A DNA stretch of 44,667 nt from Octopus sinensis (lineage: Eukaryota), in contig NW_021834896.1 in assembly GCF_006345805.1 (NCBI RefSeq), forward strand, positions 1 through 44,667, written 5' to 3'. The notes under the pieces were generated by a model. It saw nothing but the letters and a program-made list of their open reading frames with translations, searched no databases and was not told the origin of the DNA. Both the position numbers and the translations under genes were made by a program. Below are positions 1-10,088 of the stretch, in pieces. Each line of letters starts with the position of its first letter. Position 1 is the first letter of the stretch.

Positions 1-6
1 AGATAA

Positions 7-52
<46 letters not shown>

Positions 53-55
53 GAT

Positions 56-96
<41 letters not shown>

Positions 97-190
97 GCAG
101 GCAGGCAGGCAGGCAGGCAGATAGGCAGTTAGACAGGCAGACTGATAGATAGATACATAATGAGAGAGAGAGAGAGATAGAGAAAGAGAA
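1..190. repeat. Compound microsatellite (GATA)n-(GACA)n-(GGCA)n-(GA)n
   Basis: Direct reading of the tandem motifs. Confidence 0.95.
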
Positions 191-479
191 AGGGTGATTG
201 AGTAAGTGAAGGTGGGAGTGAGTGCAAAAGAAAGATTCATTTCAGAGGGAGATATAAATATATCTATGCATTATTTCAGATTATTTTGCACTTTCTGTTC
301 TATTAATAACCATGTTTTAACTGTCGTCATCTAAGCAGCTGGTACGTATTACATGAAATGATGTTTAACTTAAACTTAGTATGGCGCTAATTATATCATA
401 TTTTATAGTCAAAGCGTAACACTTAATTAACGTCTGTGTTAGTCTGTATACTATTGCACAACCTGCAAAAAGTGACAGC

Positions 480-670
480 CAAATCTCCAACAATTCACAT
501 ACTGTCGTCTTAAAAAAAGAAAGGACACATACGAAAATGTAGTCCAACGTCCACTATGCCAACGAGGGAGCTTGTTTTGGTCTCTCGAATCGTTAAATTT
601 AGCAGCCAAATCTCTCCCAAATATATTCTGAGGGTCTTTAAAAAGGAAAGAGATTGGGTCACATTGTTTT
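480..670 (-). mobile_element. Dispersed repeat family C fragment (unclassified)
   Basis: AGCAGCCAAATCTCTCCCAAAT is the reverse complement of the ATTTGAGGGAGATTTGGCTGCT motif at ~33760. Related motifs occur at ~16590-16640 and ~38095-38150. Confidence 0.55.
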
Positions 671-831
671 ATATACACTATAAACAGTATTTGATAATTT
701 CTGATGAACACCTTTACTCAGAGTTCTGCTTGGTCAGTGCTGTACTCGGGCTAACAATAATAGTAAAAACAACAATATTTGATCTATACAGTTCTATATT
801 TAATAAATGAGGAATTATGTACATTATTTAT

Positions 832-1057
832 ATTATTTACATTCGACGGATATTTGTCCTCATCTTGTTTGTTGTTAACACAACATTTCGGCTGATATAC
901 CCTCCAGCCTTCTTCGGGTGTCTTGGGGAAATTTCGAACCTGGATTCTCCAAGGCAATGTCCCCAAGACGCCTGAAGAAGGCCGGCGGGTATATCAGCTG
1001 AAACGTTGTGTTAACAACAAACAAGATGAGGACAAATATCCGTCGAATTTAAATAAT
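832..1057. mobile_element. Fold-back, Penelope pLTR-like: 98 bp inverted arms with a 30 nt loop
   Basis: Arms 832-929 and 960-1057 are near reverse complements. Each carries a CTGAAGA-A-GGCTG...CAGCC-GAAAC-type core with different substitutions. Confidence 0.75.
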
Positions 1058-2083
1058 GTAAATATTTGAGTTAACAATCCCAAATGATTTTTATCAAAAT
1101 GTCTTCTTTTGCTTTCTTTCAAATTCTGTAAAACAGTATTAACTTATGTCGTTTAGTGTAGATTTTATATATTTGTATTATTAAGTATTTATATTTGATT
1201 CATAGAACATTAAAAAGGGTTAAGTAGATATAAATATACCATAAAAGTAGCGTCATTACCATAAGAACGGCGACTCCTAGTTATTTAACCAATAAACAAT
1301 TGTATTTTCATCTCCCAACTAACGTACCAGCTTGTCGGTGCGAATGTTTTTTTATACGGCGCCGTTTTTACAATCCTGTATATAATAATAATGGTATTTT
1401 CATATAAGCTTACAGTTTATGGTGATCACTGTGCAATGACTAAGGAAAATAGTCTAATAAAGAAGCATATAAGCTCTCGACAGAAAAAAAGGAAGGCCTT
1501 TTTATCAGCGTGATAGTCGAACCCACATCCCTTGTATATTTTGCATATTTTCTCAGTGATCTTTTCAACACTATTTCGCGAAGCACTACAAAAGATTTGC
1601 TCCTCTGATGAGGTTAAATTAAGCCGCAACAAATAGGAAGTTTTTTCCATGCTTGCTCAAAAATTGCAAATGCTTTTAGTCGCTAAGAAATATTGATCTT
1701 TTAGAAATTCCTCGTGCAATTAATTCTTTTTAATGCTTCATGAATATGTTTAACTCATATTTTGTATTTTATACTAATTCTCCGAGTTACTAAAATTAAG
1801 TCGATTGTGAGGATGCAGAGAGAAGGTCTCCCTACCAGTAAATTTGTAAGTTTCATGAAAAGTGTCTAAGAGCAACAAATTAGGTGTTTATAATAAAGTC
1901 CATTCTTCTCTTCACATATCTGTGTGTGTGTGTATGTATGTATATATGTATGTTTATAAATACCAACTGTGTATCATGTTAAACGTATATATATCATTGA
2001 CAGACATTCATGATGCTGTGGCTTTGTCTGTGGAGAAAACTTATTCATAGACATGTTGCATAAAAAATGCAATATATATATAT

Positions 2084-2265
2084 GATTTTTCTCCTCTGTC
2101 TTCCCTTCTCAGGATCTTTCCTTCTCCTATGTCTCCACGAAGAGCTCCGCTCGAAACGTTAAACCCTCCTTCTTCCCTTCTTTTCCTGAGCGTCCATAAT
2201 AATATATTTGGTCCACGTCCTCGCGGTTGTGTTTTTTTTTGTGTTTTCATGTTTGGATTAACTAT
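2084..2265 (+). mobile_element. ~200 bp Penelope pLTR-like unit with hammerhead-like core (copy 1 of 3)
   Basis: Aligns with 12243-12447 (+) and 43001-43204 (-). Contains A-GAGC-TCC-GCTC-GAAACGTTA and is flanked by TA-rich repeats. Confidence 0.7.
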
Positions 2266-2877
2266 ATATATATATTATATATATATTATATACATTTCTA
2301 ATATAGGATAAAACTTTTTTCCAAAATAATTTCATCAAAGTGGCAGCATATTAAAATACCTTTAAAGGTGAAAATTATAAACAATTATAAACAAGAGCAA
2401 CAGTTGTGGTTCTTGACCAGTCACACGTGTGCTGAGGCTTGCTAAAGGATTTTACATTTAGATATAACTGGGGTACTTATGTGTACACATGACTCGTGCT
2501 TCTGCTTCTTTTCATGGGTGCTTGTAAGTATTTCATTTATTTCTTATCGTATTTTCTACTGAAGAGAGAAAAATCCGTCGGATTAATCCCGAAATTGATT
2601 CAATATAGAAATAACGAATTTTTAGAAAAACTTCTGTTAGCTTGGCCTCCTCGATTTCAGCACGACGTGTATTCATGGTGAATGCATATTGTAATTGTGG
2701 TGATTGACGATTTAAAATTTATTTTCAGCATATTGGCACAAAAATTTCTTTTGTCCTTGTTTATAATTGTATATATATATATATATATACACATAATAGT
2801 AAAATAATATATAAATATATGCATATATACATATATGTACATGCCTATATATATATGTATATATACATGCATATATG

Positions 2878-3157
2878 GGTACAGGACATAAAAAAAAACG
2901 TTCTTTAGTTGTCCCTGTTTCATCTACTCCGCATTCCGAAGGTAAGGACAAGACGCGACTTCGTTGAAACAATCCTTCCCGCAAAGCAAATTAAATAAAA
3001 TTTGGGAATTTTTGCGGAAGGTAAATTTTGTAACAAGAAGAGGACAGTGAGAACAAAACAAGACACTGCTTTATTCTCATTGTTCTGTCTTTTACTGTTT
3101 TTACTCTCTTGTTTTGTTCTTACTGTCCTGTTCTTGTAACTACTTTCACCCTCCGCG
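2878..3157 (+). mobile_element. Unclassified element ending in a ~146 bp hairpin (copy 1 of 2)
   Basis: Body matches the reverse complement of 25477-25646. Hairpin arms run from GCGGAAGGT at ~3013 to CCCTCCGC at ~3156. Confidence 0.7.
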
Positions 3158-3164
3158 AAACATG

Positions 3165-3223
<59 letters not shown>

Positions 3224-3224
3224 A

Positions 3225-3255
<31 letters not shown>

Positions 3256-3385
3256 ATAATTAATCAAAGGACATACATTAATTCTATTATCATTTAAAAA
3301 TTGTTACTAGATAATAACAGAGTTAATGATATCTTAGCAAATGATTTTTCGTGAAATTATTTGCTCCGTATATATATATATATAG

Positions 3386-3424
<39 letters not shown>

Positions 3425-3550
3425 CGTGTGGGTGTGGTGTGTGTGCGCGTATATGTATATATATTGTCTATATATATAAAATATATATATATATATATAA
3501 TATATTATATATATATATCATATTATATATATATATATATATATATATGT
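3165..3550. repeat. (TATC)n and (TA)n/(TG)n microsatellites
   Basis: Direct reading: (TATC)n at ~3165-3258 and a TA/TG field at ~3369-3550. Confidence 0.9.
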
Positions 3551-3757
3551 GAAATAGAAAGATGAATAATCTTGTAGTAGATTAATCAAAAGTTTAACCG
3601 ATACCTTGGTAGCAAAAATCACAGCGAAACAGCAGGTTGGAGGTACAACCATATGGTGTTGCAACCGTGCGTTGGTGCGGATAATTGAAATTAAAATATT
3701 ATTGGTGAATTGAAGAAATGGAGCTGAACGCAGATTGAACAGAAATCGTTTTATTTC

Positions 3758-4875
3758 ATTCTACACGTGTTTCGAAAGGCACAATTTACCAAAATCCGAT
3801 TGAATAATGGGACCATATTGTGTCTTTCTTTAGGAGAAATAGGAAATCCGTTGGAAAATACAAAAACAGAACAGAGGCGGAGCAAAAACAAATCGAACTA
3901 GGCTCCTAAGAGCCCATGGCGAAACTGTTTATCAGTGTATGTTGAGAACCGGTGGCTGAAGAATTTAACGGGTCAGGCATCGGTCAATCATGTGGGGTAG
4001 GGTGTGTAGATGTTCTTTGTGACCGAGAATAAAGTTCTGACTATTTAAGGAATATTGGATGTTTTATAAGGGGCGAGAAAAAATCTACTTAGAGATGTGT
4101 GTGTGTATACTGTTCTATATGTGTGTGCTGGCGTAGGGGTAGAAACATTTTTGTGTACGTGTGTGCGTTTGATCGTTCGGCTGTCAGTGGCTACTGCAGT
4201 GAGAACCGTTGGGCGGCAGAAAAAAAATATATATATTATGTTTTATGTGTGTGTGTGTTCATCTAAGCCTGCCTTGTCAAGGAAACCCCCGTTGTGAAAA
4301 AACCAAGCCCCGTTATCTTACAGGAGTAATTCCCCTTGCAGTGGTTAATCGTAGATATCTTAAAGGCTATTTCAGGATTTGTTACAAGGGCTATGGGTGC
4401 CGGTATATTTATAAACGCTATTTAACAGCCAGATAAGTGTAACGCCGCCAATGGGGGCATCGAAAAGCCGACTGTAAAAGCCGTTTACCATCTACCCCTA
4501 CGCCAGCACAACATATATAGAACAGTATACACACACACGTCTCTAAGTAGATTTTTCTCGCCCCTTATAAAACATCCAATATTCCTTAAATAGTCAGAAC
4601 TTTATTCTCGGTCACAAAGAACATCTACACACCCTCACCCACATGATGACCGATGCCTGACCCGTTAAATCTTCAGCCACCGGTTCTCAACATACACTGA
4701 ATAACAGTTTCGCCAGGGCTCTTAGGAGCCTAGTTCGATTTGTTTGCTCCCGCTCTGTTTCTGTTTTTGTATTTTCCAACGGATTTCCTATTTCTTCCTG
4801 AAGAGAAAGACACAATATGGTCCCATTATTCAATCGGATTTTGGTAAATTGTGCCTTTCGAAACACGTGTAGAAT
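3758..4875 (+). mobile_element. Non-autonomous Penelope-like element with long inverted arms
   Basis: Arms 3758-4143 and 4491-4875 (~385 bp) are near reverse complements around a 347 bp spacer. The right arm ends in a complete minimal hammerhead core, then (TA)n. Confidence 0.75.
4795..4874 (+). ncRNA. Minimal type I hammerhead ribozyme candidate with long stem II
   Basis: TTC-CTGAAGA-GAAAGACACAAT...ATTGTGCCTTTC-GAAA-C-ACGT-GTA-GAA. Conserved core, stem II, stem III with palindromic ACGU loop, GUA triplet, stem I UUC/GAA. Confidence 0.7.
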
Positions 4876-4898
4876 CTATATATATATATATATATAAC

Positions 4899-5196
4899 CA
4901 ATGGCCTAGTGGTTAGGGCAGCGGACTCGCGGTCGTAGGATCGCGGTTTCGATTCCCAGACCGGGCGTTGTGAGTGTTTATTGAGCGAAAACACCTTAAA
5001 GCTCCACGACCCTTCGGCAGGGGGTGGTAATCCCTGCTGTACTCTTTCACCACTCTTCCTCCCACTCTTTCTTCTGTTGGCCTGCTCGCTTAGCCAGCGG
5101 GGGTGGGTGCATTCGAAGGCTAAAACAATGCGAACGCATTGTGACCAGCGATTTGTAAACTACATCTGATGGACTGGTCGGTCACGTGATCACGTG
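4899..5196 (+). mobile_element. tRNA-derived SINE family D (tail variant X)
   Basis: A box TGGCCTAGTGG and B box GTTTCGATTCC. Head shared with copies at 9584, 22468 and 23765. Confidence 0.85.
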
Positions 5197-5221
5197 TATA
5201 TATATATATATGTATATATAT

Positions 5222-5351
5222 ATTTATTATATAGAAGGAGTTCTACAGGACTAGAACTGTTTCATTCAAGAGAAATCTTCAGGAAGCTTCCTGAAGATTT
5301 CTCTTGAATGAACAGTTCTAGTCCTGTAGAAGCTCCTTCTATATAATAAAT
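5222..5351. repeat. 130 bp near-perfect palindrome with no spacer (pLTR-like fold-back)
   Basis: Centre AGGAAG|CTTCCT at 5286/5287. Arms differ by two 1-nt indels. CTGAAGA starts 4 nt from the centre on each strand. Confidence 0.85.
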
Positions 5352-5419
5352 TAATTTTACTCTGCTCCTATGTATTGAGTACCTTTATTACTGTGTTAAC
5401 CCGAAATCAACCCGGGACC

Positions 5420-5453
<34 letters not shown>

Positions 5454-6009
5454 GGCAAGACGATCATCATCGCAGCACTGACTCACGGTAATGCCATAAC
5501 TGACAGTTGGTCGAAATGAATGTATGTTTGATATTATGCACACGCACGCGTGCGTGTGTGTTTATAGTGTGAATGAACAGTGTTATGTTCTAATCACAAT
5601 AGGAAGCAGCGTTTTTCAGAGAGCATGTAAACCGGATAAAATTTCAAATTTTTTAGTACAAGCTTCACAAGAGAATTGATACCATGTCTTGTGTTGAAAT
5701 ATTGTTGTTGAGCAATTCTGCGTATTAAAACACACAGATACGTAGACACTGTTATAGTCGCTTTACTTTTTCGTAAACATCAATATCGCATATTAACGAG
5801 CAAAATGTAAGGTTCACTTTGTTTTTTTCGAACTTCGAAATGTTCAGATGGCTAAGCGTATATGGCAGCCGAGAGATCGGTGTTTCATGCTGTGTCACCT
5901 TCAGCTGCACAGTGTTTTCTTTGTGTCAAAGGTTCCCTAATCTCAAATAATCAGTCATTATGCTGTGAAAGGATCCATGCATCATACCGTCAATAATTAG
6001 TATGGAGAA

Positions 6010-6210
6010 GGCGGCGAGCTGGCTGAAGCGTTAGCACGCCGGGCAAAATGCTTAGCGGTCTTTACGTTCTGAGTTCAAATTCCGCCGAGGTTTTCTTAGC
6101 CATTCATCCCTTTGGCGGTCGATAAATTAAGTACCAGTTGCGTAATGAGATCGATCTAATTGACTGCCCCCCTCACCAAAACTTTCGGGCCTTGTGCCTA
6201 GAGTAGAAAA
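6010..6210 (+). mobile_element. tRNA-derived SINE family A monomer (tail A1)
   Basis: Head GGCGGCGAGCTGGC, B box GAGTTCAAATTCC, tail CTTGTGCCTAGAGTAGAAAA. Confidence 0.85.
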
Positions 6211-6231
6211 TAATAATTATTGTAGAATAAT

Positions 6232-6442
6232 GCGGCAAGATGGCAGGATCGCTAGCATGCCGGGCAAAATGCTTAGCCTTATTTCGTCCGTTTTTACGCT
6301 CTGAGTTCAAATTCCGTCGAGGTCAACTGTGCCTTTCATTCTTTCGAGGTCGATAAAATAAGAACCAGTTGAATACTGGGGTTGTTGTAATCGATCCAAT
6401 CCCTTCCTCGAAATTTCTGACTTTGTGCCAAAATTTGAAACC
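6232..6442 (+). mobile_element. SINE family A monomer (tail A2), adjacent to the previous copy
   Basis: Diverged head, B box GAGTTCAAATTCC, tail TTGTGCCAAAATTTGAAACC. Confidence 0.8.
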
Positions 6443-7189
6443 ACTAATTGCTCCAGAGTAAGGAACAATATTTCTTTGATTCACAGCCGTCAGTTAAACT
6501 TCTTGTGAAAGATATTGGGCTCGCACTTTGCGCTGGATTGTCCCAAACATGTTATACCAAGACTGAGCTTCCAGTGAATGTTATACCACTCAATAGGTCA
6601 TAAGAAAGAATACCAATATAAGATTCTTCTAGTTCTTTTCCATATGAGTTGTTTATTCCAATCTCATGATGATAATTGAAACGGAGACAAGTCAGGCTTT
6701 TCCAGGGATTCAAGTACAACTAAGAGAGCAACCTAGAGCAAAATAACATATCACGTATTTTTCTTTATATTCTTCATAAATCTCTATTTCTACATCTTAT
6801 AACTTAATAATGAATGACATCTAACCCGGCAGTATTTGTGTTGACATAATATATTCCTATTCATTAGGCATGTGATCAAGTATCGCAGTTATTTCACGAA
6901 TATTTCAGAATCTAATTACAGACTAGTTTTGCGCCAAATTAGATTTCGTCTAATTAATTAGAAGCTTGAACTTTCAGCCTAATTAGTGATCAGTTATGCT
7001 CTGGAATAACTATTTCTAAAGTATGTGAAGGGTCATGTTTCTTTCTTTTATGTAACAAGCCTTTGAGGGTAATCTGTAAAAATTTCTCATTATGTAACTC
7101 GATTAGTTAGCGCTGTTTAGTCTTAATCCAGCAGACCTATCCCCAAAGGCGTTCTAAGTTTGATCATCCAGTTTCTTTATGAGCATATA

Positions 7190-8030
7190 CGAAGGGGTAC
7201 CCAAAACAAACCGGAATTTTACAATGTGATTTTGCTCACTTCGTTTTACATGCTTGCACTTTTATCACCTTCAATATATTCTCTATTTGAAGCAACTTAT
7301 CGGTCCAGACGCATTTTCCACTGTTCGAAGTATTCCTGAAACTCTTGCAAAGTGATACCTATTTCTTTACTACCCACAAGGGGCTAAACACAGAGGGGAC
7401 AAACAAGGACAGACAAAGGGATTAAGTCGATTATATCGACCCCTGTGCGTAACTACTACTTAATTTATTGACCCCGAAAGGATGAAAGGCAAAGTCGACC
7501 TCGGCTGAATTTGAACTCAGAACGTAACGGCAGACGAAATACCTATTTCTTTACTACCCACAAGGGACTAAACACAGAGGGGACAAACAAGGACAGACAA
7601 ACGGATTAAGTCGATTATATCGACCCCTGTGCGTAACTAGTACTTAATTTATTGACCCCGAAAGGATGAAAGGCAAAGTCGACCTCGGTTGAATTTGAAC
7701 TCAGAACGTAGCGGTAGACAAAATACGGCTACGCATTTCGCCCAGCGTGCTAACGTTTCTGCCAGCTCGCCGCCTTTTGCGAAGTGATACCTTTTAACGC
7801 CTTCGTCGTTTTTTTCTTCACCTCTTCCACATCTGCAAATTCCGTAGCATCAGCTTTCATCACCAGTGATGACCTTCGAAAACAGGTCTGGACCAACTTC
7901 CAACTGTTCTTTCAGTTCGCGACACGCATTCAAGTCGTGACTACTTTTGATCTTCCGTGAGCGAGCGAGGCACAAATTTCGCTGCAACTCTTCATTCGCA
8001 ATTCTTCGCTCAAAATTCGTATGTAAGTAT
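7190..8030 (-). mobile_element. Internally deleted mariner copy interrupted by a SINE-A dimer
   Basis: TA plus TIR-like CGAAGGGGTACCCAAAAC at 7190. Minus-strand translation gives fragments including AAKFVPRSL, KVITGDES* and a C-terminal FADVEEVKKKTTKALKGITLQEFQEYFEQWK...EYIEGD. Paralogous to 31302-32020. Confidence 0.85.
7359..7774 (-). mobile_element. SINE family A (tail B) dimer: head plus two 184 bp units, with TSD
   Basis: Units 7359-7542 and 7543-7726, head 7727-7774. Flanking direct repeat TTGC[A/G]AAGTGATAC at 7345-7358 and 7777-7790. Confidence 0.9.
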
Positions 8031-8229
8031 TTAGGATTACATCAACGAACGTGGACGTTGTATTGAGATTAGTTGAGGGAGATTATTTTACCGCTTTTTT
8101 TCTACCTGCTTCATCATTGGCTTTACTGAAGCAGGTAGATGAATCGTTTAGTTAATATCTATGTGAACTGTGTCTCGAGTAAATGGAAACCCTTTCGATT
8201 GCTGAGCAAGTGATGAGAGGTTCATTTTC

Positions 8230-8415
8230 TGTTTCTCTCTTTTCTCTTTTTCTTGCTTCAAGTCATTTGACTGCGGCCATGCTGGAGCACCACCTTTAGT
8301 CGAGCAAATCGAACCCAGGATTTATTCTTTGTAAGCCTAGTATTTATTCGATCGGTTCTCTTTTGCCAAACCGCTAAGTTACGGGGATGTAAACACGCCA
8401 GCATCGGTTGTAAAC
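8230..8415 (-). mobile_element. SINE family B, 3' half, followed by a (CA)n(TA)n field to ~8647
   Basis: GTCATTTGACTGCGGCCATGCTGGAGCAC...GCATCGGTTG matches the family B 3' half seen in full copies. Confidence 0.85.
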
Positions 8416-8500
8416 ACATACACACACACACACACAAACACAAAACACACACACACACTCGCACACACACACACCACACAAAACACACACACACTCACAC

Positions 8501-8536
<36 letters not shown>

Positions 8537-8551
8537 CTATAATATATATAT

Positions 8552-8634
<83 letters not shown>

Positions 8635-8904
8635 ACATACACACACAGAACATAAATACATATAACACAGGTTACAAAAAAACTTACAAATTCATTTTGA
8701 ATGAAACCTCTATTACCAAATGCAAACGTTGTTTAAATGAATAAAATGACTAAAGATTTCTTCCAGTCCTGTTTGATACGTAATTATTGTGCAAAACATT
8801 TTCCAATATTTTCAACTCTTATGCACAAAGATGAGTACACTGTTTGAATTATAACCTATCTATAAAATCATGCATATACATGTATATATATATGCATATA
8901 TGTA

Positions 8905-8936
<32 letters not shown>

Positions 8937-9507
8937 ACTATATATTATATATATATATAACATATATACGTTACATACACACACGTGTGTGTGTGTGTAA
9001 AACCGATAAATTAGATGCCAAATAGTTTTCAACAAATTTTATTTTCAGCTCTGATTTTAAAACGCTTCCTTCAACAATTCTGTTCAATTCACAGACTCTT
9101 GTAGATAATAACTTTCAATTCATTTTCATTCCTTTCCTTTTTGCATTATGTCTTCTAAAATACAATGATTGATTTTCCAGTTAGGTCTTCTTTTAGTCTG
9201 ATGGTGAACCATCTGTAGATTCTCATAGATTGTAGTTTCTGGTTTTTGACGATTTTGAACGAGAAGACCTATGATCAAACTCATTCTCGATTTGTTGGAA
9301 ATTGGAGCCAAATCTTCATCAATTCACAGCCTTAGAAATAGACATATTGAATAATATAGAAATGGGTACCGAATGCTAAGACTGTTTCTCATGTGATGCT
9401 TCTCACAATATTGGTATTTGTACACATACACACGTACGGATGCACGCACGCTAACACGTACGGACGCACGCACACACACGTACACGTACACGCACAAATT
9501 TATACGT

Positions 9508-9583
<76 letters not shown>

Positions 9584-9585
<2 letters not shown>

Positions 9586-9668
9586 AGGCGCAATGGCCCA
9601 GTGGTTAGGGCAGCGGACTCGCGGTCATTTCGATTCCTAGACAAAGCATTGTGAGTGTTTATTGAGCT
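9584..9668 (+). mobile_element. SINE family D, head only
   Basis: GGAGGCGCAATGGCCCAGTGGTTAGGGCAGCGGACTCGCGGTC, truncated. Confidence 0.8.
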
Positions 9669-9919
9669 CCTAAATTATTGTTGTCTGTGGAGTCATATTT
9701 GTAGTGAAAAGAATTAGGTGTCTTTTCGTTGCTATTTCTAATTTTTCGGTATGTGGTGAAGCAACTTGTTACTAAACCCTTAATTATATTTATTATTGTA
9801 TATCAAAAAACTTTTTGTACAAGTTTTTACCGATAATGTTTTTTTTTTCCATACCGAAACTACTTGGTAAAATTTATTAATTATTAATTTAATAATTCTT
9901 TACTCTATATCTGTAATGA

Positions 9920-9920
9920 T

Positions 9921-9959
<39 letters not shown>

Positions 9960-10039
9960 GAAGGAGAGAGGGGGAGGGACAGAGATAGGAGGCGGAGAGA
10001 GGGAGAGGGAAAGAGAGATAGAAAGACACACACACACAC

Positions 10040-10088
<49 letters not shown>

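Noticed and set aside
280-341. Splice-bounded 62 nt segment
   Set aside because: Stops in all three frames. Could only be a UTR exon, with no supporting evidence.
4899-4970. tRNA-like sequences here and at 6010, 9584, 21615, 22468, 29748 and others
   Set aside because: They have A/B boxes but no complete cloverleaf, and each continues into a multicopy SINE body.
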